Origin: Ostreococcus lucimarinus
Lineage: Eukaryota
NCBI GenBank assembly: GCA_000092065.1
Contig: CP000600.1
Strand: one strand, 5' to 3'
DNA: 64,000 nt
The notes under the pieces: model-generated
Databases searched by the model: none
Seen by the model: only the letters and a program-made list of their open reading frames with translations
Told to the model about the DNA's origin: nothing
Shown: positions 10,839 through 20,412 of the stretch, one piece after another
How positions within the stretch are numbered: position 1 is the stretch's first letter
Layout: each line of letters starts with the position of its first letter
Made by a program: the position numbers and the translations under genes

Positions 10839-11660
10839 ATGCGGCGCGTGAACGCGTTCATGGTGCGCGAACGCGAGATTCGAGTGTTCCCGGGGGCGCG
10901 GGGACGCGTCGCGACGTCGCTCTCGTCGGTGGCCGGGCACGTGAGTTTTTTGCTGTTGGGATACAGTTACATGACGAGCGATTTGTTGACGCTGAGGGCG
11001 CTCGCGGTCGGTGGATTGAGCGCGGCGGTCGTGTTTCAGTATTTTCGCGACGTTCCGCTGTGGTTGCCGATTCGCTGGAACGCGCTGTTCGTCGCGATTA
11101 ACGTGTTTTGGGTGGCGAAGTTGTACTACGACGAATACAACGCGGAACACTGGTGCACGACGGAGGAACGATCGCTGTACGATCGACACTTCTCTCACAT
11201 GGCGCTGAATTCGTTCAGAACGCTGTTGAAGCACGGGAAGTGGCGCGACATCGAGCGCGGATTCGAGTTCACGAAGGAGGGGAAGATGAACGAAAACGTG
11301 CACGTGCTGATCGACGGCTCGGCGGAGGTTTACGTCGGCGGGAAATCCGTCAACTCCATCGATGCCGGATCGTTCATCGGAGAAATGAGTTTAATGCGTT
11401 CGATCGCGGGATCGAACGCGAAGAAGCAATCCAAACGTCCGCGCGCGGCGAGCGCCACCGTCGTCGCCGCCGAACGCTGCAGAGTGTTTTCTTGGGACGA
11501 CGGAGAGTTGCGACAGCTCATCCAACAGAACGAACAAATCAAGAGCGGCGTGCAAGCCGCTTTCGGGGTTGGACTCGCTGAAAAGCTACTCACGACGCGC
11601 GTGATGAGCACGAAGGTGTTTGCGCAAGAACCGCAACGCGTCAGTCACGCGCTCGCGTGA
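10839..11660 (+). CDS. membrane protein with C-terminal cyclic-nucleotide-binding (cNMP) domain; Popeye-like architecture
   Basis: ATG verified at 10839. Two or three hydrophobic helices (VSFLLLGYSYM..LTLRALAVGGLSAAVVF; LWLPIRWNALFVAINVFWVAKLYY). Then a cNMP-binding-like domain (VHVLIDGSAEVYVGG...SIDAGSFIGEMSLM...ATVVAAERCRVFSWDDGEL). Confidence 0.55.
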   Translation: MRRVNAFMVREREIRVFPGARGRVATSLSSVAGHVSFLLLGYSYMTSDLLTLRALAVGGLSAAVVFQYFRDVPLWLPIRWNALFVAINVFWVAKLYYDEYNAEHWCTTEERSLYDRHFSHMALNSFRTLLKHGKWRDIERGFEFTKEGKMNENVHVLIDGSAEVYVGGKSVNSIDAGSFIGEMSLMRSIAGSNAKKQSKRPRAASATVVAAERCRVFSWDDGELRQLIQQNEQIKSGVQAAFGVGLAEKLLTTRVMSTKVFAQEPQRVSHALA

Positions 11661-11825
11661 GCGACGAAATTATTCGCGCCGCCGCTGTACAACGATATTT
11701 TTCTGGCGATTTTGTACCAACACGCCACGACACGACGCCACGACGAGAGCGACTTCTTACGATTAGTGCTTGCTATACGACTAAAACCTCTCTAACTACG
11801 ACTACCGGTACTACGAACGAATATT

Positions 11826-12446
11826 TCACGTGATGGCGCACCCGAGCCGCAACTTCGGCGGCGGTTGAAACTCGCCGTAGCCTCCCTCGCCGCAGGGAGT
11901 CAGCTTACCCACGCGAAACCTTTCCCAAATCCCTCTCGCTCTAGAACTATGCATCTCTAAATCTTCGGTGTTATCGCGCGCCATCGCGCGCAGTATCGGC
12001 GCCGGTCCGCTCGGGTGCGTCTTTAAAAACTCCGTCGCGTCGAACACGTCGCCCCGCGCGACGAGCATCGCCCTTCCTCGCGCCCTTCCTCGCCGCACCG
12101 CGCACGTCGTCCACGACCCATCGCTCACGCTCGTCTCTCCGCGCCCGTACGTCGCTCGACACGTCGCGCACGTCCAATCGTCGTCGTCGCCGCCTCGCGC
12201 GTCGTCCCCCTCGCCGCCAACCCTCGCGCGCGTCCCGCGTCCGCGCTCTTCGTCTTCCGTCAGCGCGTGCGCCGCCCGCGCGTGCTGCACCGCCAACGCC
12301 CGCGCCCGCGCGTCCTCGCTCGAGTCCTCGGCCGTCCACGCGCGCTCCCGCGTCGGTTTCACGTCCAATCGCGCCGCCGCTTCAACGGCCGTGTTATCCC
12401 TTCTCGACGCCACCGCGCGCGCGCGCGCGCGCGCCAGCGTCCCCAT
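11826..12446 (-). CDS. cytochrome b5-like heme-binding domain protein
   Basis: C-terminal cyt-b5 signature DVFDATEFLKTHPSGPAPILRAMARDNTEDLEMHSS (HPGG-like ... H). A candidate ATG at 12446 was verified. Upstream there is a possible zinc-ribbon WTCATC...C. The start is uncertain because GC-rich ORF 11826-12833 extends further. Confidence 0.4.
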   Translation of the reverse strand: MGTLARARARAVASRRDNTAVEAAARLDVKPTRERAWTAEDSSEDARARALAVQHARAAHALTEDEERGRGTRARVGGEGDDARGGDDDDWTCATCRATYGRGETSVSDGSWTTCAVRRGRARGRAMLVARGDVFDATEFLKTHPSGPAPILRAMARDNTEDLEMHSSRARGIWERFRVGKLTPCGEGGYGEFQPPPKLRLGCAIT

Positions 12447-12588
12447 CGCGCGCCGCGCGTTCGCCCTCGACTTTCGCCGCGCGTTCGCGCCGCGCGCGTC
12501 GCGTCGCGACGCCGCCGCGACGCGAGCGCGCGTCTCGAAGTGCCGCGGCGATTCCATTCGCGTCAGAGCGTCGCGCGCGACGCGCGCC

Positions 12589-13446
12589 ATGCGTCGCGCC
12601 GTCGCGTCGTCGGCGACGACGCTCGCGCGTCGCGCGTACCGCGCCGAGGCCTCGCCCGCGGACCGCGCGAGGGCGCTCGCGCTGAGCGCGCCGCTCGGGT
12701 TCGTCGCCGGCGCGTTCGGCGCGTGCGTCGGCGTCGGCGGCGGCGCGCTGATCGCGCCCGTCGTCGCGAGCGCGGCCAAGACGGTGCCGCAGCGCGTCGT
12801 GAGCGGGACGTCGCTCGTCGCCGTCGTCGGCACGGCGAGCGCGAGCGCGGGGACGTTCGCGCGGGAGGGGCTGACGGATCACGCGGCGGCGGCGCTCCTG
12901 GGCGGCGCGGCGACGCTGAGCGCGCCGCTGGGCGCGCGAATGACGGCGAGGGTGGACTGCGCGGCGCTGCGTCGAACGCTGGCGTGGTTCTTGGCGGGCG
13001 CGGCGCCGATGGTGCCGCTGAAGGCGGTGGCGTTTCGCGCGAGGGAGAGCGGCGAGGGAGGGAAGGAAAAGTTTGACGCGGCGGCGTCGGCGCCGACGCT
13101 CGTCGCGGTGGGAGCGACGGCGGGATTCGCGAGCGGGTTGCTCGGGATCGGCGGTGGAACGCTCGTGACGCCGTTGCTGGCGCTGGTGTCGCCGTTGCCG
13201 CAAGCCGCGGTGCTCGGGACGTCGTTGTTGGCGATGCTTCCGCCGTCCGTCGTCGCGCTCGGGACGCATTATAGGATGGGAAACGTGGACCCGCGCATGG
13301 GCGCCGCGCTCGCGGTCGGCACGGCGTTGGGCGGCGCGTTCGGGAGCTCGTTCGCGGTCGACGCCCCGCGGGGGGCGCTCGAGGCGGTGTTCTTCTTCGG
13401 GATGCTGTTCCTGTCCAACAGGACTTTTCGATCGCTCAGAAAATAG
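12589..13446 (+). CDS. TauE/SafE (DUF81) family anion/sulfite exporter-like membrane protein
   Basis: ATG verified at 12589, in frame with ORF 11968-13446. Two copies of the GxxxGxGGGxL.xP motif (LGFVAGAFGACVGVGGGALIAPVV and TAGFASGLLGIGGGTLVTPLL). The N-terminus MRRAVASSATTLARRAYRAEASPADRARA is transit-peptide-like. Confidence 0.65.
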   Translation: MRRAVASSATTLARRAYRAEASPADRARALALSAPLGFVAGAFGACVGVGGGALIAPVVASAAKTVPQRVVSGTSLVAVVGTASASAGTFAREGLTDHAAAALLGGAATLSAPLGARMTARVDCAALRRTLAWFLAGAAPMVPLKAVAFRARESGEGGKEKFDAAASAPTLVAVGATAGFASGLLGIGGGTLVTPLLALVSPLPQAAVLGTSLLAMLPPSVVALGTHYRMGNVDPRMGAALAVGTALGGAFGSSFAVDAPRGALEAVFFFGMLFLSNRTFRSLRK

Positions 13447-13525
13447 CGCGAAAGAAACGTCGCGATGGTCGCGAGGTTTGGCTACTAGTCGTTGTATTGC
13501 TACCGTATAGTCGCTATTGTTTTGT

Positions 13526-15250
13526 TCAAATGTCTCCAGAGTCGCGAAACATGGCCACCGCGGCGGCGGTGGACGCGCGGCGCGCGCGGCGCGTCTCCGG
13601 CGACTTCTTCCGCGCCGTCGTCGGTTTCGGGGGCGATCCCGGCGGCGGCGGCGGCTGTTCGACGCCGGGAATGCGAGGCGGAAGACCGCCAGGCTTGGGC
13701 GCAGCGGCTGGCGAAGCGAGCGTGTTCGCCGCTTCTTCCGCCTTCCACTCCGCCATCAACTTTGCCTGCAGTTCCTCCGCGGAAGTCGGCCAACGGTGCG
13801 CTTCTTCGCGTTCTCGCTCTTCTTCTCGTTCTCGTTGCTGGCGCGCGCGCTCGTGCCGATGCGGTCGTCGTCGACTCGCGCCGTCGCCGTCGCGCCAGTT
13901 TCGATCGCCGCGCACGATTTTCTCGTCCCATTTACGCGCGTTCGCCATCTGGTACTCGTGTATCTTAATGTGCTCTTCAAGCCATTCCTCGTACTCTTCG
14001 TTCGTCTCCCGCTGCCCGGGCTGCCAACCCGGCGGCTTTTGATACACTCGTCCGGGCGTCCAAGTCTTCGACGGCACGTCGCCTTCCCAAACGCTCCGAC
14101 CACCTATGAGTCTGACGTCGTGCATCACTTCGTCAAAGTTTCCGATCAGTTCACCGAGCTTATTGAACGGCTCGGGCGCGCGCTGACGAAGTTTGAAGAA
14201 TAAATGCCCCGCCGCCGTGACGCGATCCTCGGGCATGGGCTTGACGCGGACTTCTCTCGTGACGGGATCGAAGTGCATCACACGTCCCTGATAATACTCA
14301 CCGCTCACGCCGGGCGTGGGATGGCGTAATTTGTACGCGATAAAATCCGATCTCTTGAGCGTCGTCGCAGTCGGGAACTCCCGCACTTCGTCGTCCGGCA
14401 ACTCGCTCCGGAAGACGTTGAGTTCCCACGCCCCGGCGCCGGATTCGCGAACATCTCGCCGAAACTGATCTCTCTTTGCCAAAATTCTGGCCGCATCGCT
14501 CTCCGGATCGGGCACATACGGCGTGCTGATGTGCACGTAATCCCCCGCGCGCTTTGGTTTCGGTTTCGCGTCGTAATCCGGCAAAGGCTCGGGCGCGTAC
14601 GTCGTCTTCTTCCGCCGTCTTTCCTCCGCCCGTCCCGCCTCACAGTTTTCCTCATCCGTACTATCGCTCACCACTTGTAAATCCTCCAACGTATCAAATT
14701 CTACGCGTCGTTTCGCGCGTTTATTACTCTTCCGCTTCGCGCTCCGACTCCGCTTCGTCGACGCGCCGCCGTCGTCGCCCAATCGAAGCGTCCTCGCGCC
14801 TTCCTCCTCTCCATCGCTCACCGCCGGCGCCAACGGTCGATGCTCGCTCTGGAATATCTCCCCGATCGCTCGCGGCGAGGCGCGCGCGTCCGCGCGCCTC
14901 CCCGCGTCCGCGCGTCGTCTCGCTCGCACCACGTCGTCGTCCCGCACCACGTCCCTCGCCAAGCACTCGTCCAGCAATTCGTACCCATCGATCTCCAGCC
15001 TCACCTCGGACGCGTCGAAAGCGTCCTCCGCGAGCAGACCGCGCGCGCGAAACGCGCCGGCGATGCGCGCGCGGACGTCGCGAACGAATTCACGCTCGTG
15101 GATTGGCCACAGGAAGCGCTTGAAACCGAGCGCGGTGACGCGCGCGTCGTCGCCGGCGTCCACTTCGACGCGCGCGCGCGTCGTGGACGACGGCGACGAC
15201 GCGCGCGCGAGCTCGGCGGACGCGCTCGGGACGACGGCGCGATCGGACAT
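13526..15250 (-). CDS. coilin-like Cajal-body protein
   Basis: ATG verified at 15250 (MSDRAV...). The N-terminal region resembles the coilin self-association domain (VRLEIDGYELLDECLARDVVRDDDVVRARR). A basic/NLS middle follows. The C-terminal Tudor-like segment FPTATTLKRSDFIAYKLRHPTPGVSGEYYQGRVMHFDPVTREVRVKPMPE aligns with the coilin C-terminus ([42 protein letters not shown]). Confidence 0.55.
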   Translation of the reverse strand: MSDRAVVPSASAELARASSPSSTTRARVEVDAGDDARVTALGFKRFLWPIHEREFVRDVRARIAGAFRARGLLAEDAFDASEVRLEIDGYELLDECLARDVVRDDDVVRARRRADAGRRADARASPRAIGEIFQSEHRPLAPAVSDGEEEGARTLRLGDDGGASTKRSRSAKRKSNKRAKRRVEFDTLEDLQVVSDSTDEENCEAGRAEERRRKKTTYAPEPLPDYDAKPKPKRAGDYVHISTPYVPDPESDAARILAKRDQFRRDVRESGAGAWELNVFRSELPDDEVREFPTATTLKRSDFIAYKLRHPTPGVSGEYYQGRVMHFDPVTREVRVKPMPEDRVTAAGHLFFKLRQRAPEPFNKLGELIGNFDEVMHDVRLIGGRSVWEGDVPSKTWTPGRVYQKPPGWQPGQRETNEEYEEWLEEHIKIHEYQMANARKWDEKIVRGDRNWRDGDGASRRRPHRHERARQQREREEEREREEAHRWPTSAEELQAKLMAEWKAEEAANTLASPAAAPKPGGLPPRIPGVEQPPPPPGSPPKPTTARKKSPETRRARRASTAAAVAMFRDSGDI

Positions 15251-15288
15251 CGGCGCGTTGTGCGGCGGCGGCCGGCGGGCGAGCTTTG

Positions 15289-16299
15289 TTACAAACAGTA
15301 CGGATACCACAGTTCAACGACGGAATCGGCGCCGTACCAACGAGTCGGTTTCGTCGGGCCGTGGTACACGCCGGGCAAGATGACGTGTTCAGAGCCCGTC
15401 AGGGCGTGGGCGGTGTCGATCGGGGTGACGCCGTCGCCGCGGACGTCGGCTCTTCCGCAGTTGGCGGCGTACGAAACTCCGATCGTGAACGCTTCCCAAG
15501 CGGCGCGCACGCGATCGACGAGCGGTCGCTTGGTGTCACTCCTATCGCACAGCGCGTCAAAGAGCTCGAAATTCGCCGAGCCGCGGGCGTAATCACCGAC
15601 GACGTCGACGTATCGCACGTCGGCGCGATACGCGCCCGGATAATAATAATTCGTAAACGCGAGCGACGACCCTCGCGCGTCGTCCGGCATCGACTCGCTC
15701 TCCCCCGGTCTATTCTCTCTCACGCGACCGAACGGATACTTCTCCAAGCTCCCGTGCGGCGCGCCGAGCGTGATCAACGCGTCCACGAATCGCGCGCCGT
15801 CGTACGGCGCTTCGCCGCGATACGCCCGCGCGTCGCCCAAATACAACCGCCCCAACCACCCTCCCGCGCTGTGTCCGACCAAGCACACCCTCTCACCGCC
15901 ATCCCTCGCCGCCTCTCGCGCGCACGCGTCGACGACGTCTAAAATCTCCTCGAACGAACCGCCGCGCAGCGTCCCGAACCACATCTCTCGCTTCACCGGC
16001 GCGACGCGCACGCGCGCGTCGTCCCCGATCGCTCGCGCCAGCGCGCGCGCGACGCCCTCGTACGCGTCGCTCCCGGTCAAAAATCCCGGCACGACGACGA
16101 CCCGACGCCCGCGCGCGCGCGCCGCTCGCGCCGCGCCGCGCGCCGCTCGCGCCGCGCCGCGCGAAGCTGCAGATATTTCGAGCGGCGCGAACGACGTCGC
16201 GCGTCGTCCGCGCCCGCGCGTCGCCGCGCGCGCCGCCGACGACGCGCGCCATCGACGCGGCGTATTTTTAACGCGCGTCCGCGCGAGCCGCGACGCCAT
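15289..16299 (-). CDS. alpha/beta-hydrolase (GHSAGG nucleophile motif), probably organelle-targeted
   Basis: VVVPGF...VCLVGHSAGGWLGRLYL lipase/esterase-type nucleophile elbow. Candidate ATG at 16299 (MASRLARTRVKN...) is transit-peptide-like. The ORF extends to ATG 16383, which overlaps the Sar1 start in a CCATGG palindrome, so the shorter model is preferred. Contains a 22-nt tandem repeat at 16119-16163. Confidence 0.55.
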   Translation of the reverse strand: MASRLARTRVKNTPRRWRASSAARAATRGRGRRATSFAPLEISAASRGAARAARGAARAARARGRRVVVVPGFLTGSDAYEGVARALARAIGDDARVRVAPVKREMWFGTLRGGSFEEILDVVDACAREAARDGGERVCLVGHSAGGWLGRLYLGDARAYRGEAPYDGARFVDALITLGAPHGSLEKYPFGRVRENRPGESESMPDDARGSSLAFTNYYYPGAYRADVRYVDVVGDYARGSANFELFDALCDRSDTKRPLVDRVRAAWEAFTIGVSYAANCGRADVRGDGVTPIDTAHALTGSEHVILPGVYHGPTKPTRWYGADSVVELWYPYCL

Positions 16300-16381
16300 T
16301 CGCGCCGTCGAGTCGCGGTCGAGGCGTCGTCTCGCGTCGACGACGCGACGCGCGGCGCGCGCGGGCGCGGCACAACGCGCC

Positions 16382-17116
16382 ATGGTGTTCTTCTTCGACT
16401 GGTTCTACGACGTCCTCGCCAGTCTCGGGCTGTGGCAGAAGAATGCGAAGATACTGTTTTTGGTGCGTCGTTTGAGCGTGCGAGACGGCGCGCGCGCGCG
16501 TCGCGGCGCGCGAAAACGACGGAAAAGATGAAGATCGCGACGCAACGGGCCGCGACGAAAGTCGACGGATTTCGTGTGACTGACGCGCGCGCGAACGGTT
16601 TTAACGCACGCGCAGGGGTTAGATAACGCGGGGAAAACGACATTGATGCACATGCTCAAGGATGAACGATTGGCGCAGCATCAGCCGACGCAGTACCCGA
16701 CGAGCGAGGAGTTGTCGATCGGGCAGATCCGGTTCAAGGCGTTTGATTTGGGCGGACACGAAGTCGCGCGACGCGTGTGGAAGGATTACTACGCCAAGGT
16801 GGATGCGATCGTGTTTCTCGTCGATGCGGTGGATAAGGAGCGGTTCATGGAGAGTAAGAAGGAGCTCGATTCTTTGCTCGGCGATGATTCGCTCGGGAAC
16901 GTGCCGTTTTTGATTTTGGGGAATAAGATTGACATTCCGCACGCGGCGAGCGAGGAGGAGTTACGACACTGCTTGGGATTGACGAATTACACCACGGGGA
17001 AGGGTAAGGTGAACTTGGAGAACACGAACATGCGACCGATTGAAGTTTTCATGTGCTCCGTCGTTCGTCGCATGGGATACGCCGAGGGTTTCAGATGGGT
17101 CAGCCAGTACATCTGA
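16382..17116 (+). CDS. SAR1: small GTPase Sar1 (COPII); exons 16382-16462 and 16616-17116, intron 16463-16615
   Basis: Exon 1 [27 protein letters not shown] joins exon 2 [48 protein letters not shown]...GNKIDIP...[21 protein letters not shown]. Donor GTGCGT at 16463, acceptor CAG at 16613-16615, ACTGAC branch motif at ~16578; near-identical to Sar1 of plants and animals; stop TGA 17114-17116. Confidence 0.9.
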
Positions 17117-17315
17117 GAGTTTTTAGCGCATCTAATTTAGCCGCGGCGCCTCAAACGCGACGCAAATTGTATTGAAAGACGACAGCATCATCATCGGCTA
17201 AATGAGCGAAATGATTTGAAACAAAATCATGGTGTGTGAACATTGCAAATTTCGTAATTCATCGTGCTGATGAGTGATATAAATGAACAGAGTAAAGCGC
17301 GCGCGTTTCAAAAAC

Positions 17316-18743
17316 TCACAGAGACTGCGTGTACTTGCCTTCAGCCTTCTCGAAACCGATGGTCGGGAATTGCGTGGCGAACTCCTCGACATCCTTGGTC
17401 AGTTGCGTGAGCTCCGGCCACTCCTTGGACTCGAGCGCGGCGCGGAAGTCCTTGAGCTTGGTGCCTTCAGACTTGGACTTGACGTCTTGCGCGATTTTGA
17501 TGCCGCGAACGATGAACTCGGCGACTTGTTCAAAATCCTTCTCGGTGAAACCACGCGAGGTCAACGCCGGAGTACCGATGCGCAAACCACCCGGCACCAT
17601 GGCAGAAACGTCACCCGGGACGGTGTTCTTGTTGCACGCGATGTGCGCGAGCTCCAAGACGCGCTCGACGCGAGAGCCGTCGACGCCCATCGGGCGCAAG
17701 TCGAGCAAAGCGAGATGGTTATCCGTACCCCCAGACACAAGCTTGATACCGTGTTGGACGAGGCGGTTCGCCATGGCTTGCATGTTGCTCATGACTTGCC
17801 TTTGGTAAGCCTTGAACTCCGGGCTAGCCGCTTGCTTGAGCGCCACCGCGAGACCGGCGATGGTGTGGTTGTGGGGACCCCCTTGGAGACCCGGGAAGAC
17901 GGCGAAATCAATCTTGCTCTCCAAATCGTACATGATCGGGTTGCCTTTCTTATCCTTGCCCTTCTCACCCTTACGGTAGAAGATCATCGCACCACGCGGG
18001 CCTCGGAGAGACTTGTGCGTGGTCGTGGTGACGACATCGGCGTAGTCGAACGGCGACGGCACCTCGCCCGCGGCGACCAAACCGGAAATGTGCGCCATGT
18101 CGGCGAGCAAGATGGCGTTGGAGTTGTCCGCAATCTTGCGCATTCGCGGGTAATCGTACAAACGCGCGTAGGCGGACGCACCGGCGACGATCAACTTCGG
18201 GCGAACCAAAGCCGCAGTCTTTTCGCACGCGTCGTAGTCAATCAAGCCGGTGGACTCGTCCAAGCGGTACGGCACGGAAGTGAAAAAGATGGACGTCGCA
18301 CTAATCTTCTTCGTGTCGGTTTGGTAACCGTGCGACAAGTGACCACCGTGCGGCAAATCGAGCGCCATGATCTTATCGTGCGGCTGCAAAAGCGCGGTGT
18401 ACACCTGGAAGTTCGCGGGCGAACCCGAGAGCGACTGCACGTTCACCCCCCACTTCGCCGGGTCCAGGTTGAACGCCTTGAGCGCGCGCTCTTGGCACAT
18501 CGACTCAGCCATATCGATGAACTCGTTACCACCGTAATAACGCGCTCCCGGGTAACCCTCAGAGTACTTGTTCGTCATGATGGACCCCACGGCGTCCATC
18601 ACCGACTTCGACACGAAATTTTCCGAAGGAATGAGTTCGAGCCCCTTCCACTGTCGCGCCTTTTCCCGCTCGATGATCTCCGACATCTCCGGATCGACCT
18701 CTTCGATCGGTTTATTGATAATTTCCGGCCACTGCGCGCGCAT
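17316..18743 (-). CDS. SHMT: serine hydroxymethyltransferase (cytosolic-type)
   Basis: Full-length match: PLP-binding region [48 protein letters not shown]. The first track M (18746) is GTG; ATG at 18743. The ~2-kb plus-strand ORF antisense to this gene (start of 17283-20345) is an artefact. Confidence 0.9.
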   Translation of the reverse strand: MRAQWPEIINKPIEEVDPEMSEIIEREKARQWKGLELIPSENFVSKSVMDAVGSIMTNKYSEGYPGARYYGGNEFIDMAESMCQERALKAFNLDPAKWGVNVQSLSGSPANFQVYTALLQPHDKIMALDLPHGGHLSHGYQTDTKKISATSIFFTSVPYRLDESTGLIDYDACEKTAALVRPKLIVAGASAYARLYDYPRMRKIADNSNAILLADMAHISGLVAAGEVPSPFDYADVVTTTTHKSLRGPRGAMIFYRKGEKGKDKKGNPIMYDLESKIDFAVFPGLQGGPHNHTIAGLAVALKQAASPEFKAYQRQVMSNMQAMANRLVQHGIKLVSGGTDNHLALLDLRPMGVDGSRVERVLELAHIACNKNTVPGDVSAMVPGGLRIGTPALTSRGFTEKDFEQVAEFIVRGIKIAQDVKSKSEGTKLKDFRAALESKEWPELTQLTKDVEEFATQFPTIGFEKAEGKYTQSL

Positions 18744-19319
18744 CACCCGTCGTCAGTCGTCTTCCCGCGTCGTCCTCGCGCGTCGTCCTCCTCCGTCCCG
18801 CGCCTCGCGTCCCGCTCGATCCCCCACTCTTCTCTTCTCACGCACCGTCACGTTCGCGTGCGTCGCGCGAATCTTCGCGTATTCATCCGCGTTGCTCGTC
18901 GCGCCTCCTGCGCCCTGCGGCACGGCCTGCGTCGCGTTCGTCGCGCGCGTCGCGTCGTCGTCAGTCTTCTCGCTCGAGACGTCATCGTTCGCGCGTCGCG
19001 TTCGTCGCGCGCGTCGGTCGTCGCTCGGTCGCTCGCGCACCGCGAATTGACGCGCGACGGACGTGGAGACGGACGCGCGTCGCGCGCATCGTCGCGCGAT
19101 CGTTCGGGCGGCGGCGTGCATCGCGCGCGCGGGTGTGCGGCGCGTCGCGCAGGCCCCCTCGGCGACGTTGGTGGGCGTTTCTATGGACAAACAGTGAGGA
19201 TGTATGTGAATTCGGACATTCGGCACCCGTCGGACGTTATCCGTCGCGCCGCGACGCCGACGCGAGTCGACGACGCCGCGCCTCCGGCGCGCGCGACGGA
19301 TCGAGCGAACGACGCCGCG

Positions 19320-20345
19320 ATGACCGCGATGACGCGCGTCGCGACGCCGACGCGCGTCGCGACGCCGGCGCGCGACGCGACGAAACGAACGACGCGATGC
19401 CGATGGCTGACGCGACCGCGCGACGACGACGCGCGACGACGCGTCGCGACGAACGCGGGGAACGGACGGTTCATCGTGGGAGGAAATTGGAAGTGTAACG
19501 GCACGCGCGCGTCGGTGAAGACGCTGATCGAGGAGCTGAACGCGGGAGAGCTGAGGGACGTGGACGTCGTCGTGGCGCCGCCGTTTTTGTTCTTGGACGA
19601 GGCGACGGAGACGTTGAAGGCGCCGTACGAGGTCGCGGCGCAGAATTGCTGGGTCGAGCCGGGTTTGGTGGATCCGACGCATCATTACGATAGCGATACG
19701 GGGGCGTTCACGGGGGAGGTGAGCGCGGAGATGTTGGAGGATTTACGAATTCCTTGGGTGATTCTCGGGCACAGCGAACGGAGAAATCTCTTCAACGAAT
19801 CGAACGAGTTCGTGGGGAAGAAGGTGGCGCACGCGCGGTTTCACGGCTTGTCCGTGATCGTGTGCGTCGGAGAAACGCTGGAGGAGCGAGAGAGCGGAAA
19901 GACGATGGATGTGATTTTCGCTCAGCTCAAAGCCGTGGCGACGGAGATCGACGACAAGGAGCACTCCAGCTGGGGATCGCAAGTCGTCATCGCGTACGAG
20001 CCGATTTGGGCGATCGGGACTGGCAAGGTGGCCACGCCCGAGCAAGTTCAAGACGTGCACGCGAAGATTCGTCAGTGGCTGGCGGATAACGTCAGCGAAG
20101 AGGTGGCCAAGGCGACGCGCATTCAGTACGGGGGGTCGGTCAACGCCGGCAACTGCTCCGAATTGGCTCGTCTGAGCGATATCGACGGGTTCTTGGTCGG
20201 CGGCGCGTCGCTCAAGGGTGACGATTTCGTGAAGATTTGCAACACGAGCGCGGTGCACTACAAGGCAATCGGACGCAAGCCCAGATCTGGCTCGGTCGTG
20301 ACGTACTCGTTCGACGAAGACGGCGAGCTCCTCGAGACGAAGTAA
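19320..20345 (+). CDS. TPI: triosephosphate isomerase with N-terminal transit-peptide-like extension and unusual 27-aa C-terminal tail
   Basis: ATG verified at 19320. [50 protein letters not shown] precedes [11 protein letters not shown]...[18 protein letters not shown]...[11 protein letters not shown]...[10 protein letters not shown] (TIM catalytic K, H, E present). An extra C-terminal segment [26 protein letters not shown] follows. Confidence 0.85.
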   Translation: MTAMTRVATPTRVATPARDATKRTTRCRWLTRPRDDDARRRVATNAGNGRFIVGGNWKCNGTRASVKTLIEELNAGELRDVDVVVAPPFLFLDEATETLKAPYEVAAQNCWVEPGLVDPTHHYDSDTGAFTGEVSAEMLEDLRIPWVILGHSERRNLFNESNEFVGKKVAHARFHGLSVIVCVGETLEERESGKTMDVIFAQLKAVATEIDDKEHSSWGSQVVIAYEPIWAIGTGKVATPEQVQDVHAKIRQWLADNVSEEVAKATRIQYGGSVNAGNCSELARLSDIDGFLVGGASLKGDDFVKICNTSAVHYKAIGRKPRSGSVVTYSFDEDGELLETK

Positions 20346-20412
20346 TAATTCGGCGGCGCGACGCGGTGTGATGTAACGCAATATCTCGTACGTTTACCGC
20401 TAATCTACGAAA

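Noticed and set aside
17283-19319. First ~2 kb of the 1020-aa plus-strand ORF 17283-20345
   Set aside because: It is exactly antisense to the SHMT coding sequence and has no homology; only its last 341 codons (from ATG 19320) encode TPI. It is a GC-rich antisense artefact.
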